Source: Mageeibacillus sp. UBA1046 (GTDB lineage: Bacteria; Bacillota; Clostridia; Saccharofermentanales; DTU023). Taken from it: a stretch of DNA of 46,731 bases. Position 1 is the first letter of the stretch. Every line of letters begins with the position of its first letter. Positions 38,362-46,731 of the stretch are shown here, in pieces. Location of the stretch: positions 13,010 through 59,740 of the forward strand of contig DCDV01000023.1 of the NCBI GenBank assembly GCA_002316595.1. The letters run 5' to 3'. Both the position numbers and the translations under genes were made by a program. The notes beneath the pieces were generated by a model that was not told where the DNA came from, did not search any database, and saw only the letters and a program-made list of their open reading frames with translations.

Positions 38362-39879
38362 ATGTCAGATTTAACGTCTTATAAACTATCAGAATACGCT
38401 CAGGATATGGACAAAGCTAATCTGCTGGAAAGTCAGGACCCGGGCTCTGATCCTGTAATCACAGGACTTACATATGATTCCAGAAATGTCTTTCCCGGCA
38501 GTCTTTTTGTCTGTAAAGGCAGGCATTTCAAAAAAGAGTATTTATTGAAGGCGATAGATCGCGGAGCCGTTGCCTATATCAGTGAAGACAACTTCCAGGT
38601 GGAACTGCCCCTGCTGCAAGTCAGTGATGTGCGCGTGTCCATGCCTATTCTGGCACAGCGCTTCTATAATCATCCGGAAAAGGACGTTGAGATTATTGGC
38701 ATTACCGGCACCAAAGGCAAGTCGACCACAGCCTGCTATCTGCGCGAAATCTTAAATCTCTGGCAACTGGCTGAAGGCGCCAAAGAGGTCGCCTTCATTT
38801 CCACGATTGACACATATGATGGGGTAGACAGATTTGCTTCGCATTTAACCACGCCGGAAGCGATCGAATTATATATGCGTCTGCACAATGCCCGCAGCAG
38901 CGGAATCAAATACCTGGTGATGGAAGTCTCCTCGCAGGGACTAAAGTACAACCGCCTGGACGGCATCACATATTCAGCCGTCGCTTTCTTAAATATCTCT
39001 GAGGATCATATCAGCGAGATTGAACACCCGGATTTTGATGATTATTTCCGCTCAAAGCTGAGAGTCTTCAAGCACACTTCCCGTGCTGTTATTGATCTGG
39101 ATCAGGCTGAGACAGCTCTGATCCGGCAAGCAGCCAACGACAATAACAACAGGATCTACTATTATTCCCGCCGGAATCATGCAGCTGATGTTTATGCAAG
39201 TAATGTTCTCAAGACTGAACTGGGCTACAGCTTTGATGTTACCTTGCCTGAAGGTGTCTATCCTTTTGAAATCGAGACTCCCGGCCAGTTCAACATCGAT
39301 AACGCTCTGGCGGCCATCAGTCTGGCCCGCCTGCTTGGCTGCCCGGTATCTTTTATGCAGCGGGGATTAAAACTGGCACGTACTCCCGGCAGAATGGAGC
39401 TTTTTGCTACAAAGGACAGAAAGATCCTAGCTTTGGTCGACTATGCACATAACAAACTGTCTTTTGAGAAGCTCTTCGAGACAGCAAGCCTGGATTTCCC
39501 CGGTTACAGGCAAGTCATCATCTTCGGCTGCCCGGGGTCAAAGGGTATCAGCAGAAGACATGATCTGGGTACTGCCGCCGGGCGGCTGGCTGACTATATC
39601 TATCTTACAGAAGAGGATCCGAGGTATGAGGATGTCGGGGAGATCTCCCGGGAAATCGGCCGGCACATTGAAGCAGCAGGCGGCAGTTATGAAATCATAG
39701 TAGATCGCAAAGAAGCTATCAGGACAGCTTTTGATCAGGCGCAGGAGAAAACACTGCTGCTAATTGTTGGCAAAGGTGCTGAAACAACCCAAATGCGCGG
39801 CGACAATTATGAGGAAGTGCAGTCTGATGTGTCTATCGTACAGGAGCTGATCGCTGAATATGATCGGCATAACCCTTAA
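38362..39879 (+). CDS. murE: UDP-N-acetylmuramoyl-L-alanyl-D-glutamate--amino-acid ligase (MurE)
   Basis: YDSR, GITGTKGKST, LTTPE, MEVSSQG, EDH, PGRME, VDYAHN, EEDPRYE, GKG.E. Start moved to ATG 38362 after GGAGG. Confidence 0.92.
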   Translation: MSDLTSYKLSEYAQDMDKANLLESQDPGSDPVITGLTYDSRNVFPGSLFVCKGRHFKKEYLLKAIDRGAVAYISEDNFQVELPLLQVSDVRVSMPILAQRFYNHPEKDVEIIGITGTKGKSTTACYLREILNLWQLAEGAKEVAFISTIDTYDGVDRFASHLTTPEAIELYMRLHNARSSGIKYLVMEVSSQGLKYNRLDGITYSAVAFLNISEDHISEIEHPDFDDYFRSKLRVFKHTSRAVIDLDQAETALIRQAANDNNNRIYYYSRRNHAADVYASNVLKTELGYSFDVTLPEGVYPFEIETPGQFNIDNALAAISLARLLGCPVSFMQRGLKLARTPGRMELFATKDRKILALVDYAHNKLSFEKLFETASLDFPGYRQVIIFGCPGSKGISRRHDLGTAAGRLADYIYLTEEDPRYEDVGEISREIGRHIEAAGGSYEIIVDRKEAIRTAFDQAQEKTLLLIVGKGAETTQMRGDNYEEVQSDVSIVQELIAEYDRHNP

Positions 39880-40256
39880 TGATTGATGGCTTGACTGCAC
39901 AGGATACCTTTCACTTAGGTTTAACAGTCAATAAATATCCTTATTTGCACCCTATTCGCAAAACCTTCCACAGTAGATAATGTTCCGATCGGGTATCACT
40001 TCAGTTCTTTCGCATGAATAGAACTCTAAACCAATAATGTAACAACAGTTCAGACAGCCGGCAACAAACAACGACTGATCCGATTATTAAGCGCCTTCAT
40101 CTTTAATCTCTTTAAATCTGTGTCACATAAATTACGAAGTCAGTTGTCTTTTGCCTGAAATTTATTGGAACGGCTTTTACAGAGTATAGTTAGAGATAAG
40201 AAGATTCACAGCGGACCGGCGTCACGCAGATCAAGATGTAAGCGGGGGAGATAATT

Positions 40257-42638
40257 ATGCAGATAAAAGAGCAGTATAACATTGAAGGAATGCATTGCAG
40301 CGCCTGCAGCAGCGCGGTTGAGAAGGCTGTAGCGGCCATAGGCGGTGTAAGTTTAGCTGAGGTCAACTTGCTGCTTAATCTCCTTAATGTGGAGTATGAC
40401 AGTGAAAAGGTCACGTCCCGGCAGATAGTGAAAGCCGTAGCTGACGCCGGATATACTGCCAGACGAAAAAACACTGACGCCGGAACAGCTGCCGACGGAG
40501 CAGGGCGAAGACCCGATTCTGCCGCTGGTGAAGCGGCAAAGCAAGAGGGCGTTTTTGATACACATTCGATCTCGCCCGGCAGTGTTGATTCTGAATATTC
40601 AGACTCCGATCTGCTGCCGGAAGAAATCCACATGCGCAGGCGTGTCATCTGGTCAATCATCTTCCTGATTCCCCTGATTTACGTAACGATGGGACATATG
40701 GTCGGGCTTCCCTTGCCGGCCTTCCTGCACGGAACTGAGAACAGTATCTCTTTCGCCCTCGTTCAGCTCGTATTGACAATGCCGATAATTTTCCTTAATC
40801 GCAGCTATTTCAGCAATGGCTGGAAAGCTGTTTTGCGCAACAGCCCTAATATGGATACTCTGGTAGCTTTGGGGGCTGGCGCTTCTATGGTGTATGGCCT
40901 GTTTTCCTTATTCAGAATGAGCTTCGCACTCGGTGCCGGCGATCTGGAAACGGTCGCTGCTTATCGGGAAAATTTGTATTTTGAATCAGCGGCCATGATT
41001 TTAACTCTTATCACTTTGGGCAAATATCTGGAAGCAAAATCCAAAGGCAGGACGACTCAAGCCATTTCCAGCCTGCTGGAGCTGGCCCCCGAGCGTGCCT
41101 TACGATTGAATGCTGACGGCACTGAAACCGAGGTTGCTTCCTCGGAGCTTGTTGTCGGGGACAGGGTTGTCGTGCGCCCGGGACAGAGGATTCCGATGGA
41201 TGGGCGTGTGGTCGAAGGTCAGTCTGCTGTGGATGAATCGGCCCTGACCGGAGAGAGCATGCCGGTTGAAAAGCAAATAGACAGTGAAGTCACGGGCGGA
41301 ACTTTGAACACTTCGGGATCTTTTGTCTTTGAGGTCACGCGTACCGGCGGGGATACTACCTTGTCCAAGATAATTGATCTGGTGCAGAACGCCGGAGCAA
41401 GCAAGGCACCTATCGGGCGGCTCGCCGACAAAATTGCCGGGATTTTTGTACCGATTGTTCTCGTAATCGCGGCCGGCACGCTGGCAGTCTGGCTCATAAC
41501 CGGCAACAGCTTCGAGCTGGCAGCCAATATGGCGGTTTCTGTCTTAGTCATCTCCTGCCCCTGCGCCTTAGGTCTGGCTACACCTGTCGCCATTATGGTC
41601 GGCACAGGGATTGGAGCCAGAATGGGCATCTTGTTTAAGTCAGCCTCAGCCTTGGAAGGTCTGTCTCATACCGACGAGATTGTGCTGGACAAAACCGGTA
41701 CAGTCACAACCGGAAAACCAGCGGTGAGAGTAATTCTCGCCAAAGAGGATGAAAATGATTTCTTAACTTATGCTGCTTCGCTGGAGCTGCCTTCAGAACA
41801 TCCTCTGGCACATGCTGTGGTGACGGAGGCAAGAGAGCGCGGCTTGGCTTTGTTAGATATGGAAAATTTCCAGGCACTCCCGGGTAACGGTGTCCAGGGT
41901 GTAATCGGCGAGGACAGCTGGATCTCAGCTAAACCCCCATATCTGCAAGACAGAGGTATTGACCTGAGCGAGTACCTTCCCGTCAGTGAGGAGATGTCCC
42001 TGAGGGGCGAAACACCTCTTTTCTTCGTACGCAACAAGGAAGCAGTAGGCGTAATATCTGTTGCGGATCAAATCAAGGAAGACAGTAAAACAGCTATCTC
42101 CGGTCTGATTGAAATGGGTAAAAATATTACCATGCTGACCGGTGACAATATCCTGACCAGTAATACTATTGCTGCGGAAGCCGGAATTACAAATGTCGAA
42201 GCGGGGCTTTTACCCGGTGACAAACAGGGGATAATCAAGGAAATGCAAGAGAGTGGGTCCAGAGTCGCCATGGTGGGTGACGGGATCAACGACGCCCCCG
42301 CTCTGGTGGAGGCTGATGTCGGAATAGCCATCGGAGCAGGAACTGACGTGGCCATTGAGTCGGCTGATGTTGTTCTGACGCGAAGCAGTCTGATGGATGT
42401 ATGGAATGCATCCCGTTTGGCTGACGACACTATGCGCACTATCAAACAGAATCTTTTCTGGGCCTTTTTCTACAATGTAATCGCCATTCCCCTGGCAGCA
42501 GGGGTACTATATCCGAGCCTGGGAATCAGACTTAACCCAATGATTGCCGCTGCAGCCATGAGCTTAAGCTCGATCTTCGTAGTAACCAATGCTTTGCGGT
42601 TGCGCAGTTTCAAACCTGTAAGGGAAAAGGTCAGATAA
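40257..42638 (+). CDS. copA: Copper-translocating P1B-type ATPase
   Basis: [41 protein letters not shown] and MSLSS (Cu+ type). Confidence 0.93.
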   Translation: MQIKEQYNIEGMHCSACSSAVEKAVAAIGGVSLAEVNLLLNLLNVEYDSEKVTSRQIVKAVADAGYTARRKNTDAGTAADGAGRRPDSAAGEAAKQEGVFDTHSISPGSVDSEYSDSDLLPEEIHMRRRVIWSIIFLIPLIYVTMGHMVGLPLPAFLHGTENSISFALVQLVLTMPIIFLNRSYFSNGWKAVLRNSPNMDTLVALGAGASMVYGLFSLFRMSFALGAGDLETVAAYRENLYFESAAMILTLITLGKYLEAKSKGRTTQAISSLLELAPERALRLNADGTETEVASSELVVGDRVVVRPGQRIPMDGRVVEGQSAVDESALTGESMPVEKQIDSEVTGGTLNTSGSFVFEVTRTGGDTTLSKIIDLVQNAGASKAPIGRLADKIAGIFVPIVLVIAAGTLAVWLITGNSFELAANMAVSVLVISCPCALGLATPVAIMVGTGIGARMGILFKSASALEGLSHTDEIVLDKTGTVTTGKPAVRVILAKEDENDFLTYAASLELPSEHPLAHAVVTEARERGLALLDMENFQALPGNGVQGVIGEDSWISAKPPYLQDRGIDLSEYLPVSEEMSLRGETPLFFVRNKEAVGVISVADQIKEDSKTAISGLIEMGKNITMLTGDNILTSNTIAAEAGITNVEAGLLPGDKQGIIKEMQESGSRVAMVGDGINDAPALVEADVGIAIGAGTDVAIESADVVLTRSSLMDVWNASRLADDTMRTIKQNLFWAFFYNVIAIPLAAGVLYPSLGIRLNPMIAAAAMSLSSIFVVTNALRLRSFKPVREKVR

Positions 42639-42927
42639 TTTCCGCAGTGAACAAAATCAGTTCACCCGAGCCATCCTGTTCCAGTATCTCGCAGATTCTG
42701 TTCTCCAGACTCTCGGATTTTCTTTCTGCAGCACTCTGATCAATAGCGACAGAGGAAATTGTGAGACTAATAAGATCCCAAAGCTCCAGATTTCCGGTTT
42801 CTGCAATCGAGATATTGTCGCGGCGCAATTTCTCAGTCAGTTTCTGTCTGATCACTCTCTTTTCTTTAAGAGAATGAGAATCAAACAGTTTAATTTCTGC
42901 TTCAATTATCAGTATTCTATGCTTCAT
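42631..42927 (-). CDS. DUF503 (YlxP) family protein
   Basis: [14 protein letters not shown], 98 aa. Confidence 0.85.
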   Translation of the reverse strand: MKHRILIIEAEIKLFDSHSLKEKRVIRQKLTEKLRRDNISIAETGNLELWDLISLTISSVAIDQSAAERKSESLENRICEILEQDGSGELILFTAEII

Positions 42928-42931
42928 TTAA

Positions 42932-43513
42932 TTAATTCCCCATTCTGGTGCTTCGTATGGCACTGAGCAAACGCGGAGTACTGCCGGCTGCCAAAAGGAT
43001 TTTCGCTGTATCGCCAGGCAGAAAAGGAATAACACAATAACTTAGGCTGACAGGTAAGCTCAATCCCGTAAGATACATAAACCAGGCCGTTCCCAGTGCG
43101 TAACAGCAGATCATGCCCAAAAAGCAGGCTAATGATTTTTTCCAGAATGTTGCCGCCCATGGTCTGAGCAGAGAAACTATTGCCACTGTTGCCAGATACC
43201 CCAGCAGATAACCGCCGGTTTTATCAAACAATACCGCAGGTCCTCCTCTGAACCCTGCAAAAACAGGCACTCCGACAGCTCCCATCAGCAGGAAAAGGCA
43301 GACACTTAAAAGTGCTTCTTTGCCTTTTAGCAGCAAGCCGGCATAATAAACAGCCAGAAGGCCAAGATTGACCGGAATCATTGGCAGGGGAATTGCTATT
43401 TGACTGCATACAGCTAAAAGAGAGGCAAACAAAGCTGTTCTGCTTATCTCACCGATCCTCAGGCCGGCTGCTGCAGTCTTGTTATTATTGATATTTATTA
43501 TCTTGTCAGTCAT
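42932..43513 (-). CDS. bioY: Biotin transporter BioY (ECF S-component)
   Basis: SQIAIPLPMIP, LMGAVGVPVFAG..GG, TGGYLLGY, CYALGT.W, PFLPGD..K. Confidence 0.93.
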   Translation of the reverse strand: MTDKIININNNKTAAAGLRIGEISRTALFASLLAVCSQIAIPLPMIPVNLGLLAVYYAGLLLKGKEALLSVCLFLLMGAVGVPVFAGFRGGPAVLFDKTGGYLLGYLATVAIVSLLRPWAATFWKKSLACFLGMICCYALGTAWFMYLTGLSLPVSLSYCVIPFLPGDTAKILLAAGSTPRLLSAIRSTRMGN

Positions 43514-43567
43514 GTGAAATTGAGAATACCATATTTATGAAAAGCAAGGTATCCAGATGAGTATAGT

Positions 43568-43596
43568 CATAAACTGTGATTGAATCATAGTTGAAT
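43568..43596. promoter_or_regulatory. Inverted repeat upstream of bioY, possible BirA operator
   Basis: aactgtgatt-g-aatcatagtt (one mismatch). The AAC-N15-GTT spacing fits Firmicutes BirA boxes, but the outer TGT/ACA arms are missing. Confidence 0.35.
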
Positions 43597-43678
43597 CTTA
43601 TCAAAATTATATTTGGAGAAAGGCTCAATGGTTACCCATGATTAAAATATTTGCTTCTGCGTGCTGAAGCCGCGCTGC

Positions 43679-44578
43679 TTAGCTCAGGCGTTCAAAGAAC
43701 TCATCATTGACAGGGGTTGGTATGCCATGCTTGCGGCCTAGCTTTATGACCTCAGCACTGAAGAGGTCTAGTTCCATCGGCCGACCGGCCAGCTGGTCCT
43801 GGCGCATCGAGGGTATCCCGTCGGGGTTCAAGCCATCGACTACATTAACCCAGGCTGCGATATCCTTCTCACTGAGCGGGATACCTTCAGCAGTCGAACA
43901 GGCAGCCGCCTCCTTCATGGCTGCTATCATATGTTCCCGGGCACTTCCGGATCGCTGCACCGTGGCGTATGTTCCTTCATAAAATGCAACCGCCTGATTG
44001 ACGCCGCAGTTCAGCATCCACTTGCCCCAGTACTGCCTGGGCATGTCCTCAGAAACTTCATAGGGGATATTCGCTTTATCCAGGAAGTCAGCAACCTCTT
44101 CGATTGCTTTAATAATATGTATGTCATCATCAGGCATCTGTCCTATGACGATCAGACCTTCGCTCGTATAACGCAGTTCCCTGCCGACACGGGTTGCGTC
44201 CATGCCCTGCGACATGCTGGTCACTACTCTGGCTTCCGGGAATCGCTCCTGGAGCTCTTTTTCAGTAGTAACGCCGTTTAGCAGTGACAGGACAATCGTC
44301 CCCTCTTTGACAACAGCGGCTAACTGCTCCATCGCCGGATCAAGATCACGGCTTTTGACAGCTGTTACAGCGAGGTCTGCCGGTCCTGCTTCCTCCGCAC
44401 TGACCAGCTCAAAAGAAAAACGCTTGCCATTCACGAGGTGTTCTGCCTCCCGGTACCGTTCCATCCGTTCGCTGTCGAGCAGAACAGACATAGCAGCTTC
44501 GGGCATCCTGCATTTGATGCGTGAAGCGAACAAAAGACCCATGGCACCTAAGCCCTGAACTGTTATTGAATCAATCAT
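43679..44578 (-). CDS. panE: Ketopantoate reductase family protein
   Basis: GLGAMG Rossmann motif, AVKS, LSLLNG, WGKWMLN..VN, PSMRQD...GR..E, G..HGIPTPVN. Start at ATG 44578 after GGGAGG. Confidence 0.85.
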   Translation of the reverse strand: MIDSITVQGLGAMGLLFASRIKCRMPEAAMSVLLDSERMERYREAEHLVNGKRFSFELVSAEEAGPADLAVTAVKSRDLDPAMEQLAAVVKEGTIVLSLLNGVTTEKELQERFPEARVVTSMSQGMDATRVGRELRYTSEGLIVIGQMPDDDIHIIKAIEEVADFLDKANIPYEVSEDMPRQYWGKWMLNCGVNQAVAFYEGTYATVQRSGSAREHMIAAMKEAAACSTAEGIPLSEKDIAAWVNVVDGLNPDGIPSMRQDQLAGRPMELDLFSAEVIKLGRKHGIPTPVNDEFFERLS

Positions 44579-44838
44579 ACGAACCTCCCAGATGCATAAC
44601 ATGCATTGTAACCCAGATTGAAGATAATTTTCATCCGTTACCAAGGCCGTTATAAGGCTACATTCTTAATCTGATCTTAAACTGACACAGCATAAGGTCC
44701 TTTGCTTATCGAAGCATGGTGTTACCTCGCCTGCCGCATGACGTATGCTGAACCTGATCATTCAAATAACGTTAAAGATTCAACCATTACAGGAGAGCTT
44801 ATTGCAGCAGTGCGGAAAGACCGATATGATTGAATTAA

Positions 44839-45717
44839 AGACCGCCACACGATAATCCAAATATTCTCGAACTAGGTGCTAAGAGTGCAGATGATTTTAT
44901 TGATGATATTTTAGTGGTTTTTGTACGGAAAGTTTCTGATACATCAATAGATAGAAGAGTAATAGGTTTTTATCCGAATGCTCGAGTTTATAAGGAAAAA
45001 CAAAGCGGAGAGGAATTATCGAGACACTTTAAAGATAAAGACGGTTCGATTAAGACAGCTTCATATTCGATGGAAAGTACAGAATACTATCCGGTTTCAT
45101 CGGAGTTTTCACTTGTTATTGAAACACAAAAATATAATTCTTACATGTTCAGGAAACAAAGGGTATATGGTGGAAAGTACCCACAATTAGATTTAATTGT
45201 TTATGATTATGTCAAACGCTTGATAAGTGGAGAAAATCTGGAAGATGGCATTCTCTCCCAACAGGAGTTACAGGAGATTTAAGGAGCAAGCGAACAAGCT
45301 ATTCGAAATGCACCGAGTCGGAAGGTATCATTTGAGAATCAGACATCTGCGAAAAAAGTTGTGAGAAATCCTCAATTAGCAAAGTCAGCTCTGATTGCCG
45401 CGGACTATAAATGTGAGGTCAACGCCAGCCATAAAACCTTTTTGAATAAACATGGAAAGTCATACATGGAGGGGCATCACCTGATTCCTTGTACGTTGAG
45501 ATACGCCAAAGAGATATGGGAGAAGTTCGGCAGAAATATCGATTGCAAAGAGAATATTGCATCTCTATGTCCAACATGCCACAGAGCTATACATATGGGA
45601 AACCGAGATGAAAAAAGAAGAGTGTTGTCCATCTTAATTTCAAAGCGTCTTCCGGATTTACAAGAAATCGGGATAAATGTAAATACAGAATATATATTTC
45701 ACCTGTATGGAGTGTAG
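44839..45717 (+). pseudogene. McrA-like HNH endonuclease, disrupted (in-frame TAA at 45280-45282; 5' end missing)
   Basis: ORFs 44914-45282 and 45361-45717 share a frame and join as QEI*GASEQ...KKVVRNPQ. The C-terminus has YMEGHHLIP...NIASLCPTCHRAIH. The frame runs back to a stop at 44836-44838 without a clear start or RBS. Confidence 0.75.
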
Positions 45718-45881
45718 CGAGCTTATGAAGATATCATAAATAAAAGCGTCCGTTATCTAATCTTAAATGTCAAAAGAGCGGCTCTTCAGGAATATTGAGA
45801 TTGCATGAAAAACTTCGGCTAATCTTGTTTTCAAACTAGAGACCTATGGTCATATGAGGGCAGAGACGTGTGGAGGATTGT

Positions 45882-46133
45882 ATGTGGCCGTTTAAAAAAA
45901 AGCAAAAAGGGCAGACCAATAATCAAAACGCCAGTAATCAGGCAGTAGACGAAGCAAAGGAATTTAGCAGAAAAGCAAATCGTGCGCTTCATGAGATATA
46001 TGATCTTGAGATCCAAAAAGGGTATCATCTTTTTATTAATAACAATGAACCAGTCACATCTATTTCAGTATCAAAAATAAGCCACGAAAATAAATATCAT
46101 AGTTACAGTGACGCAGATTTTGCTGAGGATTAA
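45882..46133 (+). CDS. Hypothetical protein (MWPFKKK...), possibly a truncated island or phage gene
   Basis: GGAGGA RBS before ATG 45882; no recognisable family. Confidence 0.5.
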   Translation: MWPFKKKQKGQTNNQNASNQAVDEAKEFSRKANRALHEIYDLEIQKGYHLFINNNEPVTSISVSKISHENKYHSYSDADFAED

Positions 46134-46301
46134 GAACAAAAGCCGTTCATCAGAACGATATGTTACCCCTACAGAAGCAGTAATATTTTTAGATTATATC
46201 TTCGAAATTGTAAATGAAACAGAAGATTGAAGAATCATTTTCAAGCGTACTGCACTATAACGAGTATGCATATGACTAATCAGTAAAGAAAGCCTTTTAG
46301 C

Positions 46302-46584
46302 AGGCGGATATATAATGCCGCGACGGCCAGCGATTATATTAGTAAAAATCCTGTAATTAATCTTGATACTCTACCTACAGAGCAAGAAGGAAAAGAGGAC
46401 TGACATACAGAATCCGGCTATTGGCAAGGACCTGACCCCCTATTTTCTGAGGCATGAATACGCAACAGAGTTAATGAAAGCAGGGTACTCTTTACCCGAG
46501 GCAATGTATCTCATGGGGCACTCCACTCGTAAAATGTTATTGGAAGTTTATACACACGTAGAATGTGAAAATAACTGCGGATAG
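46302..46584 (+). pseudogene. Tyrosine recombinase/integrase remnant with a frameshift and a large internal deletion
   Basis: Frame 3 reads RRIYNAATASDYISKNPVINL (end of a core-binding domain). Frame 1 reads LTPYFLRHEYAT.L...G.......LMGHS...M...VYTH (catalytic C-terminal boxes). The box I Arg region is absent. Confidence 0.8.
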
Positions 46585-46648
46585 ATTGAACGGGGGCTTA
46601 TCGGAGGTTTATCAAAATAAGATCGAATTAAGAGCTCTAGATAAAAAA

Positions 46649-46688
46649 GTAAAAACCGCCAAAACACCCTAGTTTCAACGGTTTCTAC
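46649..46688. other. Inverted repeat abutting the tRNA 3' end (terminator-like or att-associated)
   Basis: gtaaaaaccg-N20-cggtttctac, preceded by an A-run (a U-run on the - strand). Confidence 0.5.
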
Positions 46689-46731
46689 TGGTGCCCAGAG
46701 TCGGAATCGAACCAACGACACGCGGATTTTC
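46689..46731 (-). tRNA. tRNA-Phe(GAA), 3' half; truncated by the window edge
   Basis: - strand GAAAATCCGCGTGTCGTTGGTTCGATTCCGACTCTGGGCACCA: GAA anticodon, T-loop GGTTCGATTCC, encoded CCA. Confidence 0.9.

Larger units (their letters stand above)
44839..46688. mobile_element. Decayed tRNA-Phe-anchored genomic island or prophage remnant
   Basis: Visibly AT-richer than the flanks. Contains an HNH pseudogene, an orphan ORF and an integrase remnant next to the tRNA 3' end. The left boundary is approximate. Confidence 0.65.

Noticed and set aside
1099-44558. The many 60-190 aa track ORFs antisense to or nested in long genes (e.g. 3455-3997, 9538-10113, 11326-11886, 16660-17121, 40190-40660)
   Set aside because: They are shadows of well-supported genes, with no recognisable motifs.
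44645-44840. attL copy of the tRNA-Phe 3' end, or a small ORF at the island's left edge
   Set aside because: Only a 5-bp tggtg match was found, and the short ORFs have no RBS or motif support.

Overview
Chromosomal window from a Clostridia-like Firmicute (Bacillota), made mostly of housekeeping and metabolic genes. On the + strand are rlmB (open to the window edge), sigH and a lipoprotein of unknown function. They converge on a ~35 kb block on the - strand. In transcription order that block holds an LTA-synthase-like sulfatase, leuS, an acyl-CoA ligase, YihY, trpS, two tandem EamA/DMT paralogs, a potD/B/C-amidase-potA-GH63-like-ribokinase operon, an unannotated 59-aa CxxC membrane protein with a 4Fe-4S membrane protein, an EF-G paralog, a CNNM/TlyC protein, a PrsA-like PPIase, rpoB, rpoC and a D-serine ammonia-lyase fused to an ATC-hydrolase-like domain. 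Next come murE and copA (+), then DUF503, bioY and panE (-). The window ends in a small decayed AT-rich island (HNH nuclease pseudogene, integrase remnant) abutting a partial tRNA-Phe. The best leads are the DsdA/ATC-hydrolase fusion, the orphan glycoside-amide catabolic operon, a two-repeat type I-C CRISPR-like element over a DMT ribosome-binding site, and a putative pseudoknotted leuS leader where a T-box would be expected. All calls come from reading motifs by eye; no searches were run.
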